This document shows, in pieces, positions 23,112 to 34,939 of a DNA stretch of 35,411 bases. A model generated the notes under the pieces. It did not search any database. It saw only the letters and a list, made by a program, of their open reading frames with translations, and was not told the origin of the DNA. Made by a program: the position numbers and the translations under genes. The first letter of the stretch is position 1, and every line of letters starts with the position of its first letter. The stretch is from Kipferlia bialata. Lineage: Eukaryota. The stretch covers positions 10,951-46,361 of the forward strand of contig BDIP01000019.1 in the NCBI GenBank assembly GCA_003568945.1, in the 5' to 3' direction.

Positions 23112-26091
23112 ATGGTCAAGCAGCCCAGGCACAGGCCAGTTCTGCTCCTCCGGTGGGTGGAGAGCCTAGATGTAGGCCAGAGTCTGACTCCCAAGAACAT
23201 TGCCGAGTGTTTCAAGGACGGTCTCTACCTTATCGAGATCCTGAGGAGGCTGGCGCCCGACACCAAGTTCCTCGGAGTCCAGAGACGCCCCAAGTCTGCT
23301 GCTACATGCATCAGAAACCTGGAGCTGTCTCTGCGTGTGATCTGGCAGCAGTCCGTGCGTGCCAGCAACATGCCCACTGCCCAGGAGCTGTACCACAGCA
23401 CAGGTGGGTAGGAGTTGTGCATAGGGGGAGTGCATGGGTGGGACTGTGTTGTGTGTTGGTGACTTGGGATGGTGTGGCAATGAGTGTCTGTGCATGCACA
23501 AATAGGACTAATATGTCACTTGTCAGGCTGTCATTTGGTATCCTATACATGGACTCTCTTATGCCTGTTACAGTGCAGATAGCACCTGAGTCTCACGTGA
23601 CAGGCCCTGAGAAGCACTTCCTGCTGCTGAGTGAGATATTCGATGCCTTTGTGCTCAGGACATGCTGGACCAGGTGTGTATGCATTATTCACTCATCCAA
23701 CATATGAGTGGATGTATACTCTCTCTCTGTGTATGATACTGACCCCAGGTTCAGCGATGCCCTTGTGTGGTTTGCCTCCATCCTCGAGCCCTATGGCAGA
23801 GTGCTCAGTGTGGACATGGGGGGGGACGAGGCACTCGGGTCTTCCAGGTGGGGGTGGGTGTGTATGAGTGTGTATGTATCATGTACCCATTCTGTAGAAA
23901 TGGCCCATTCTCTCTCTCTCTCCATCTACTCACTCACCCCCAGGTCCGGCCCCTCCTCAGCTGTCCTTCTACCCCCTCCCTCTCTCTCTATCTACATGTA
24001 TATACTTATACTTATACTTATCCCCAGGTCTGGCCCTTCCTCGGCTGTGCCAGCCCTCTACCCCCCTCCCTCTATCTCTCTCTCTCTCTATCATATTACC
24101 CACTCATTCTTAGGTCTGGCCCCTCCTCCGCTGTCCCTGCCCGTGCCCTCTCCCAGTATGTCAAGGAGGGCCTGTGGTCTGACTTCCAGAGTGGGGTGCA
24201 CCTCTTCTGCACACTCCACGCACACCACAGGTACTAGGCCATCTATGTACTTAGTATTAGTCATCCATTGCTATGGGTACTATATGTACTGTACCATGGG
24301 AGTATGGGAGTAAGTGTATACCCTCTCTCCCTCACCCCCCAGGGTCCTGTACCGTGATAGATATGCCCTGCCCCATGCCGACCCATCCAGACTGTACTTT
24401 GCACCGGAGTCTCAGGTATTGATGCTGATATTAATGATATGTGTATATATTATATACTCATACTGATACGGTTCTTTGCACCGGAGTCGCAGGTATTTGT
24501 GGATATACACATATATTATTATATTGTATACATTCTGACTATATGTATTCTGATACTCATACTGATGCTGTACTTTGCACCGGAGTCACAGGTATGAGTA
24601 GATATACATGTATATATAGACATTACTATATATACACTGACCCTGCCCCTGACCCCCAGGATGAGACCAGGACCAACGTGGAGTATGTGTTCCAGCTCAT
24701 GGTGGACGCAGGTACAGTTACATATGTACATACAGTATGTCAGTTATTTAATGTATAAGTATACATTAGTATACTCTGTCCCCTCAGTTATAGTACACAC
24801 ACTAACCCCCAGGCGTCCCCCTGTTCTGGCGCCCCAAGGAGTGGATGGGCACCCCCGACCCCGAGTTCCTGGTGTTCCAGCTGTCCCTGATGCACTCGGA
24901 GCTAGAGACCAAGGTGTGTAGGATATGATAGGTGAATGTCTGTTTAGACATGTGAGTGTAAACAGGCCCTAACCCCCAGGACACCTCCTTCCCCGAGTGC
25001 TTCCCCGCCCCTGTCGGCACAGCACCAAGGTGGGTAGTGTATGGTGTGTGTTGATATACAATACATGTAGTCTCTTACCCCCCAGGGACGTGCTCCCCCC
25101 CTGTGTGCCTGTGGTGTGGAGAGACCAGGAGAGACTGGCACAGTACGAGGCACAGCTACAGAGGTATGTCTCTATTCATATATATATTGAGAGAGGGGGT
25201 GGGGGGGGGATGAAGGGAGGGAGAGAGACTGTCCCAGTACGAGGCACAGCTACAGAGGTATATACATATATGTACACATATATTATATTCACACACACAT
25301 ATATATAATATAGTATACATTCCAACCCCAGGGACATGCAGACCCCCGATGCGGCTGCCCCCACCCCTGAGCCCAGGCCCATAGACATGGAGAGGGAGAG
25401 GGAGAGAGAGCTGAGCGAGGACAGCACCGAGGAGGAGGCCCCTGCTCACCTAGAGGAGAGGGAGAGGGAGAGGGAGCACGAGGAGGAGACTGAGACTGTG
25501 CCTGAGGCCTCTGCCCCTGCTGCCAAGGCCAAGCCTGCCCCCAAGGCCAAGGACCCAGTCAGTGATGAGAGGAGGGCCATCGCCCTGCTCACACAGCCAG
25601 AGGGCATCCTGTTTGTGATTAGGGGGGTGGCCAGGGATGGGCCCATCTCGCTCAGGCTGGGGGGTCTCGACGTCTCAAACGCAGGTATCATATAGGCTAA
25701 TGTACTCATATATATAAGTATCTATCCCTCACCCCCCAGGCCCCGAGATGCTCCCCACTGCCCAGCTTCTGTGGCACGCCCTGTCTGGGGATGAGTCCTC
25801 CCCCTCGGTGTCTGGGTCCATTGACCTATTGGAGATCAAGAACGTCACAGTGTCCAGAGAGGTCATTGTACTGACACCTAGGTAGGAGTATAGATACCAG
25901 TGTATATATATATATATGTGTGTATTCATCATCAATGTGTCAATGTCGTCCTGACCCCCAGGGACAAGACCTTCCGTACCGTGCCCTCCACCCGTATTGA
26001 GCTGATTGACCAGTCACCCCAGCACGCCAGGCAGTTTGCAGTCACTCTCTCCATTGTGCTCCAGGCTGCATACCGCACCCTGCTCGGGTAG
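23112..26091 (+). CDS. Calponin-homology (probably tandem CH) protein with acidic linker and PH-like C-terminus
   Basis: CH1: LLRWVESL...ECFKDGLYLIEILRRL...CIRNLELSL. Second CH-like: ALVWFASIL...WSDFQSGVHLFCTLH...TNVEYVFQLM. C-terminal LLW...GSIDLLEIKNV...ARQFAVTLSIVL is PH-like (tentative). AATAAA at 26296. Confidence 0.75.
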
Positions 26092-26645
26092 ACAAGCACT
26101 AGGCACATAGGGACACAGGAGATACTCTGTCTGCACTCACACACCTGGTGTGTAGTGTGTTAGTGAGGTTGTTGTTAGATCTACACTTCCAACTAGGCCC
26201 TGTATGTCTTCCTCTGTCCCTGTCTCGGTCTGTGTGTGGACCCATTCTTTTCATCAATTGTTGTCGTGTATGTTGTATGTGCTTTGTGTAGTGTTAATAA
26301 ACCATGTATATTAGAACAGTCGTAGGAATATGGGTATTGGGTCTGAACCATTGAGAGGTGTTGAAATACCACACAATTATGATATCCTCACATGCATTGA
26401 AAGCAGGGACTCTGTGACTACTCGCTGAGCAGTACAAGTGATGATTTTGGTTGATCTATTACACAGCCTCCAGCCAGTCAGTGGTCAATGGGGGATATAC
26501 AGAAAGCAGAGGGTGGGGGTACAGTGACATACACTTACACCCACCCAGCAGATAACACAAAACAACTCTGACCACCAGCAACCCGATAGTAGTCTCTCTC
26601 TCTCTCTATCTATCTCTAGGAGAGTCTCTAGTGCCTCTAGTGCGT

Positions 26646-29600
26646 CTAGTTGTACTCGAGGGGCATGTCTCGTGTGAGGAAGGGGTGCTTGAGTGCCTCT
26701 GCGGCACTGGGTCTCTTGGCTGGGTCCACACTGAGGAGAGAGGCCACAAAGTCAAGGAAGTCAGGGTCAGTCACGCCTGGGGTAAGGATAGGTATATATA
26801 TAGTATATTCATATATAGTATTGTATACACACATATACTCACCTGTCCTGGCCCTCAGACTTGTCCTCTTTGGCTGCAGTATATATACACACACACACAC
26901 ATATATATATCATATATATCATATATTATACATCATATATTACAATACCTGTCCTTGCCCTGAGGCTTGTCCTCTTTGGCTGCAGGATGTAGTGCCTGTC
27001 TGTGCCGAAGGATGTGCGGTGGCACTCAAACAGGTGCATGTCAGCCGTGAAGTACTTGTGGCTGTACTTGCCAGACAGGATGAGGTGTCTGGGGATGGGG
27101 CCAACCACAGCCATGATCCTAAGGGTCAGAGGGGAAGTGGAGCACTATACAGTACGATACTACACTATATTATACTGAAGGTATGTACTATATACACTGT
27201 ACCTGGCCAGAATGGTCTGGATTGTGTCGTTGAGGAACAGCACGTGCCCTGTCAACAGCTCCACCACTATGCACCCCAGGGACCAGATGTCGATGGGGGG
27301 GCCGTAGGGGCACCCTGGGGGTGAGGAATACATCTATATATACATACATACCAAGATTGATACAGTTCTGCTATACACTGCATACCTAGCAGGACCTCGG
27401 GTGCCCTGTATGACCGAGACTGCACGTAGGAGTGGAGGTGGTCGAAGAGGTAGGAGGAGGAGCCAAAGTCAATGACCTGGGGGGTGAGGGGAGTGGGGAG
27501 AGAGAGACATATCTAAGCACTGTACACAATTACTACATGCCGCACCTTGATCTCGCACTTAGTACATACATATATACATATATACCATACATGCCGCACC
27601 TTAATCTCGCACTTTGTGTACGACTTGAGCAGAACGTTCTCCGGCTTGAGGTCTGAGTGGATGATGGACAGCCGGTGCAGGTAGTCCAGGGCAGTCAGGA
27701 TCTGCTTCGTGATGCGCTGCACACGGCCCAGGGTGTACCAGTCTGGGGGGGTCAGGATACATATTGTCAACTCTATATTCCATACATGTGTATATATATA
27801 TCCCTATACACACCTGTGCTGTTCCGTGTGGCTAGGAGGTGCTCCTGGTGCTCGTAGAGGTTGGCCTTGAGCAGCTCAAACACAAGGAACAGGTGCTCCT
27901 TGAAGTAGAAGTAGTCCAGCATCTTGACAACGAAGTGGGAGTCGTCTGGGGTGAGGTACGTATACAACTATACTCAAACTTACAGAGAGAGAGAGAGATA
28001 GTTATTGGTACCTAGGTCGTGTGCGTTGACGTACTGCAGCAGCTTGATCTCATCCAGAGACTGGTCGAAGTAGTCCTGGGGGTGAGGGAATATATATAGA
28101 GAGAGGGAGAGAGAGAGAGAGACAGACTGGTCGAAGTAGTCCTGGACAGTGAGTACACAATAATACACATATATGTTGAGAGACAGAGAGAGAAAGACAG
28201 ACAGAGAGACTGGTCAAAGTAGTCCTGGAGGGGAGGGTACATAGACATGTATTCATATGGATGGTTAGATACATATAGTAGTACCTTCTCGTTCTTGACG
28301 ATCTTGATGCACACGTGCTGGTTGGTGTAGCTGTCATAGCACTGCACGGCACGGGAGAAGGCAGCAGACCCAATGTACTCCTCAATGGTGTATCTGGGGT
28401 TAGGGGTATGCCTATATGCCTATATACATATGCATATATATACTCGATGGTGTATCTGGGGGTGGGGGGTATTAGGATACAATGGCATGTCTTTATGTAT
28501 ATAGAATGTACCCACCTGTCTGCAATCTTGGACCCTGGTGCAATGGGGAAGTCACGGTCAGCCTCAAAGCCTAGGGGTGAGGGGAGACGGATATGTATAT
28601 TAACATTCACATACTATTATAGTGTTCCACAACATATATGCATCCCAGCCCCCACATACCTGTCTTGTATGGGTTGAATATGACCCTCAGGTCGAAGTAG
28701 TCCAGCCTCTCCGGTACCTGGGCACCGAGGGCCAGGGCGTGTGCCACATGGGCTGAGATGCATGTCCCGGGGGGGCACTGCATCAGCACCTCATCGGGTA
28801 TCACAGCACCAGGTCCCAGGTCGAGGTCTGTCTCTGCCTCCCCCCCCTGCTCCTGGCTGTCCGAGGACTCACCGTCAGTCTCCACCTGGCCCTCCTCTCT
28901 CTCTCCCTCCTCATACTCCCCCTCTCCGTCAGTCTCCTCCCTGTCCTCAGACCCCTCCCCCTGGTCCAGACAGGAGGAGGCGACAGAGGAGGCCCCGCTG
29001 GTGTTGCCAGAGCTTCCACTGCTGTTGACCACTATGAGTGGTGAGGTGTCGTGGTCATGATCAAGGTCCATGGCGGCGTCTGCCCTGTCCTCTGTGTAGT
29101 GGATGGGGGCAGGGGCAGGGGTGGGGCGGGCCTTGCCTGGGGTGAGGGTCAGCCTTTATACATACAGTAAATATATTTACACACTAATTCGTACCTAAGG
29201 GGTGGCTACCCGGCAGCACGTGCCCTGGAGACATGAGGTCCTCCTGCCTCTCCCTATCCATGCCCATATCTCTCATGTGGGTCAGGTCCATGCCCTGCAC
29301 CACAGGCACGGGCAGGCCATCCTCATCAACCTCTACATCGCACCCCTCGCTCTCAGACTCCTCCTCACTCCTGGGCTCGTCGTCCTCCCTCTCAATGTCC
29401 AGGTCTCCCTCCACATCCATCTCCTCCTCCTCGTCGTCTAGGTCCATGTCACTCTCTCCCTCTCCCTCCCCCTCTCCCCGGGGCTCTGCCTCTCTCTTGC
29501 CCTTCTGCCTCTCCCTCTCCTGCTGTGGCCTCTCACTCTCCATATCCAGGGTCTCCATGAAAGACATCTCAAGCACAGCGGGGCCTGGGGTCAGTATACA

Positions 29601-30633
29601 CACACATACATACTTATCTCAACACATGTTAATATCCACTATAGACAGCTCAATGATACCTAGATCACCGACATCCAGACGCACAAAGCCTATGTCGCCA
29701 TCGTCTGTCCACTCATCGACAGACACCTGGGGGTGGGTGGATAGGTACATATGCATGGATACACTATCAGTATCATACATACATACACACACACACATAT
29801 ATATATATAGGCACAGCTACACGGGTATACCTTCACGTTGTGCTCCCAGTACACAAGCACAGCCAGAGTACATACATATATATACATATATGCTATAAGT
29901 ACAGCATACCTTCACGTTGTGCTCCCAGTACTTGGAGTGTGCTGGCTGAACACTGTCAGTGGGGACATGCACGTTGGGCCACTCCTAAAGGTAAGGGTAT
30001 ATATATATACATACTGTACACTATATATGCATAGGAGAGAGGGTAGGGGCCCTAAGTGCGCACCCTGGAAGGAATAGAAAAAGCAGAGAGGCAACCATAT
30101 ATATACAATCCACGTGCAGCAGGGCCAAACAACTCATACATACTGTGTCTCCCAGTATATACACTTCACTATGCCGACACTATATGAACCTCGAGCCAAT
30201 TGATAACAACACTTCATACACTACTGCACCGTACCTTGAGTCTTGAGGAGTGTGGCCCGATAGGCATGGGTGGGCCGTCTGCTGCCTGGCTGGGGATGAG
30301 TGTCTCTGGGTCCACCTCCTCCCCCTCACTGACTGTGCCCATGTGGTGGGACACAATGCCTGGCACACCCGGCATGTGGGAGGGGGGGAGCGTCACCCCG
30401 GCCCCTGCCTCTGCCTTGACTGCACCCTCTGCCGTGCTGCCTGTCGTGTTGAACAGGTTGGCCCTGCCACCCACCCCTGGGGCAGGGGAGACGGGGGTGG
30501 CACCCTCGGCAGGTACATCACGCACAACCTCACCCCCCTTCCCAACACGCACCACTGCCTCCTTCTGTGCAGAGGGTGTCTCAGACGTCCTGGCTGTCTC
30601 GGCCTCCCTCTGGAACTGCTGGGCCTTGGCATC
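26646..30633 (-). CDS. DYRK-family kinase, DYRKP-like; 5' end lost in gap
   Basis: GFEADRDFPIAPGSKIADR|YTIEEYIGSAAFSRAVQCYD...VCIKIVKNEK|DYFDQSLDEIKLLQYVN, IIHSDLKPENVLLKSYTKCEIK|VIDFGSS, SYVQSRSYRAPEVLLG, DIWSLGC, RPSAAEALKHPF. Acidic N-terminal region includes DEWTDDGDIGFVR. Confidence 0.93.
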
Positions 30634-30697
30634 CTGGGGATGAGGGGGGGGGGGGGCATACATATATATAGGGGGAGGGGGGGTTAAGAAAAAAATG

Positions 30698-30770
30698 NNN
30701 NNNNNNNNNNNNNNNNNNNNNNNNNNNNNNNNNNNNNNNNNNNNNNNNNNNNNNNNNNNNNNNNNNNNNN
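30698..30770. other. Assembly gap (73 N)
   Basis: N run near poly-G and poly-C tracts. Confidence 1.
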
Positions 30771-30946
30771 CCTATTTCATACCTCTGGAAACTCCCCCCC
30801 CCCCCCCCCTACTCTCTCTCTGACCTCAGGTACCTCGAGCTGACCTCTATCTCTCTATAAGTGTAAATATGTGTGGTTCGTACATACTCTGTCTCTCTCT
30901 CCCTCACTCTGTCTCTCTCTCCCTCTCTCCCTCTCTCTGACCTCAG

Positions 30947-32802
30947 GTACCTCGAGCTGACCTCTGGTGACAACACAGTCTCAGGGAACGCAGGGTTCAA
31001 CGGTATGTACATATACACATAGTATACATACCACTGTCAATGGATGGGTATCTTTAGAGTTTCTGTATGTGTAGTATATACATTATTGACATAGTGTCAG
31101 GGGTGGCAGGATTCAACTGTATGTATAATGGTGTACTAAATGCTGGTACACTGAGTATATATTCTTACGTGTCAGCTGCCTATGTGGGCCACCGCTATGT
31201 CCCCACTGACCCCATCCTGTACATGACAGAGAGAGAGGGCACAGTGAGGTATACTTCCACTCGCAAATAGCTCCTGTCCTTCCACTCTTTCCCTATCTCT
31301 CTCTCTCTCTCTCTCTCCCTGTCTCACCCCCCAGTACCTCTCTCTCTCTTTCCCTCTCATCCTCTGATCCCCCTGTCTCACCCCCAGTTCCATCAACTAT
31401 CCTTCTCTCCCTCCCCCCCCCCTCTCTCACCCCCAGTACCATCAACTACTACCAGGGGGCCATGCAGGACTGGTACGTACAGGCTGACCGTGGATATGGC
31501 AGTAAGTCTCTTGATACTCGAAAACCACACACTGCCCATGTATATGTATATATTAATACACCCACCCCAGGTATGTGCAGTCTGACCATGGTCTAGGCTA
31601 CATCAGCGTCACGTGCAACGGAGACATCTTCCAGGTTTACAGATGTGGATGTATATATACAAATCCCTCTTGTAGCTCTAGCTTTCTTTTCAATTCATCA
31701 GTTAGTTAGTTTGGTTGCGCCTCCCTACCCCTAGGACTCCCTGGATGTCTATGCTTTAATTTCTCTCTCTCTCTGTCTGTCTCTCTCTCTTCCAATGCTT
31801 AGGACTCCCTGGATGTCTATGCCGAGTTGATCTCCCCCAGTGGAGACATGACATACCTACCTGGTGACCCATCTGACGCATGGGACATGGTGGATGGGAC
31901 ACTCGATGATTGGAGGTAGATATATAGTGTATATGTACTGGGTATACTTATATATATATACCCAACTGATGCATGGGACATGGTGGATGGGACACTCGAT
32001 GACTGGAGGTATATGTGAGAGAATGTGTGTGTATATATAGAGAGAGAGAAAGAGAGAGAGAGAGGCATCAACCATCTGACACATGAGATATGGTGGATGG
32101 GGTGATGGATGATTGGAGGTATGTGGTGTATATGTGGTGTATGGTGTGTACTCTGAATCCCTCTCTGTTTTCACCCCCAGCTTTTCCTACACCTTCCCAT
32201 CCTGGCTCGAGGAGAACGCATTCAGGTAAGAAGTGTTTTCATAATATGGTTGCGCTGGAGTACAGTTAGATTCTCACCCTATCACCATGCTTTGTGATAC
32301 ATATCTCTCTTCCCCCCTCCCACCCTAGGATGCACTTCTATGCCGACAGGGACTACAGGGGTGGAACAGGTACAGAGCCGTATATATGTGTCAGCTTTGA
32401 TATGTGAAGTTCCGTCATCAATACGTGTTTCTCACTCCATCTCACCATAGGCTTCGAGTGCGACTACTCCATGGTCCCTTACACTGTCCTAGACCACTAC
32501 CCAAAGGACAAGAAGGGGTCATTCGACATAGAGATGACAGGAGATGAGCCATTTACCGTTAAGAGGTTAGTGTACATAAACATATGGGTACCATTGTACA
32601 TATAATACTAGATTAGTATAGGGTTTAGGTCCATGCGACATGGAAATGACAGGGGACGACTCATTTACTGTGTACTAATACACAGGAATTTCCTCTCTGT
32701 CCCCTCCTCTGCCTCCCTTAACACTATGTCTGTATATATATATATATAGTTATATCCTTATACCAAGGACCGTCCTCTCCGTCCCCTCCTCTGCCTCCAT
32801 GT

Positions 32803-32839
<37 letters not shown>

Positions 32840-33203
32840 TTTACAACTAGTTCTTCTCTTACAAGTAGGAATGTCCTCTCTGTCCCCTCCTCTGCCTCCA
32901 TCGACACCGTGTCTGTGTCCTGTCAGGGTGAGACAGCAGAGGGGGTCTACTTCGACTTCGCCCCAGCTACATGTGACGAGGATGGTACGTACATGAATAT
33001 ATACGTATGTATGTATGTATTTATACACATATGTACGTGTATAGAATTGTCTCCTACTCTCTCGCAAAATCCTGTCCATGGTGGATAGATATATAATTAC
33101 TGTGTATTACAACGCATAGTGAAGATGATATAAATGTATATATCTATTACATTACCTTATTCAATGGATGACATCTCACCCCAGGCAACATCCTGTCCAT
33201 GGT

Positions 33204-33247
<44 letters not shown>

Positions 33248-33685
33248 TATGTAATATGTAATACAAAACATATATGACACCTTACCCCAAGGCAACATGA
33301 TAGAGGGTGTGACTATACAGATGTTGTCCAATATACACAGTGTATATGATATGATACACAATGGACTCTGTCTAATACCAGGCAACATCCTGTCCATGAT
33401 AGATGGTGTGACCATGGAGCACGTGACAGGGGAGGTGAGAATCAAATAGTGATATATTCATATATATAGAGAGAGGTAGGGAGAGAGAGAAAGCGGAGGG
33501 TGATTATGGAGCACGTAACAGGGGAGGTGAGTATGGATTAGTGGTGACATGCGCATAAGTCTATACATAGAGGTGTAATCATTATTGTGCAATACTATGA
33601 CTCCAGAGAGTATTGTATCGTTCTATTCCCTTTTCACCCTTACCTAACCCTCCAGGTCTCCTATGACTCTGGCGTCATGGGCTAT

Positions 33686-33731
<46 letters not shown>

Positions 33732-34370
33732 CAACTACACCCTCAATCCCAGGTCTCCTATGACTCTGGCGTCATGGGCTATGGCTTCGACGCATACGTC
33801 ACCGGCTGCTACGCAGTGTCTCTACAGGTATTATATATGTAAATGATATCACTAGACTCTATATTAGTATCACTGGTACTTCTAGTCCACCACTGGTCTG
33901 GCGGGTTCCCCCTACTCTACATTACAGATACATATTGATATATATACATATATACACATATGAGGACAATGAATACCTGACTCTCCCAGGCCGTTGGAGG
34001 CCATGCCGGGTACCCCTCCTCTGTGACCTGTCAGTACACCATGGACATCAACCACCCCTGGACATACTACATGCTCTGGTATGTGGATGTAGGCTCCCTC
34101 TCTCTCTATTGACCTTGGTTACCCTCCTTAGTACCTCTGGTGTGGATGTTTCATATGCATGTGTGACTGAGCGACTATATCTCTCCAGTACATCTCCTCT
34201 TAACACCCCAGCATCGGTCTCCCCCTCCTCGTCATCATCCTTGTCGTCGTGGGTGCAGGTGCCTTCCTAGGAAGGGGTCCCCTCTCCATGCTCAAGGTAT
34301 AGTGGCTGGTAGAGATAAGAAGCAAATACATACAATATTGACATATGGAGTATATAGTATAGAGTACATA

Positions 34371-34409
<39 letters not shown>

Positions 34410-34468
34410 TTTCTAACCCTTCCAGGCCAAGTGGCACAAGGGCGAGGAGAAGGTCGACCTCCTGCCAT

Positions 34469-34470
<2 letters not shown>
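30947..34470 (+). CDS. Type I membrane protein with repeated CUB-like beta ectodomain, single TM and short tail (5' partial)
   Basis: Spliced: YLELTSGDNTVSGNAGFN|AAY..., RMHFYADRDYRGGT|GFECDYS (CUB-like F.sD...GF...Y), TM YYMLCIGLPLLVIILVVVGAGAFLG, tail AKWHKGEEKVDLLP*. AATAAA at 34624. Confidence 0.7.
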
Positions 34471-34501
<31 letters not shown>

Positions 34502-34886
34502 GAGAAAGTGTGTGTATTGAAGGCTTAGAGCATAGCTTCTCCCAGATGCTATTACCTAGATACCATGCCACCAAACAGCCCAGCTGCACTCTGTCTCAGA
34601 TGTAACCTGTGACATGTATTATTAATAAAGCCAACGTGTATTCTTCATGTTCTCAGGAACAAGGAAAACTGATCGAGTAGCGTTTGGAGCGTCTGGTTCG
34701 TAAGCAAAGGGTGTAGGGCCAAAAATTCTGGATCTTCGTCTCGGCTGCCATGCCCATCTTTCAACTGGGTGACCTCTGCCTACCTAGTGTCCCCCCCGAG
34801 ATACTGCAGTGCATCCCTGTAGGGCTTCTTTAGTAGTAGAGCACCTTTCGGGAAGAGAGTGCCAGGAGGGTTACTGAGAGTAGCAT

Positions 34887-34889
<3 letters not shown>

Positions 34890-34934
<45 letters not shown>
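34890..34934 (+). repeat. (GA)n microsatellite immediately before a candidate ATG
   Basis: Perfect GA dinucleotide run. Confidence 0.95.

Positions 34935-34939
<5 letters not shown>

Noticed and set aside
323..34470. Reassigned genetic code (TAR=Gln)
   Set aside because: TAG and TAA terminate conserved proteins at expected positions (BRE1, beta-COP, DYRK, ASST).
34660..34760. Possible tRNA/ncRNA (GGTTCG)
   Set aside because: No cloverleaf stems could be built; probably intergenic or promoter sequence.
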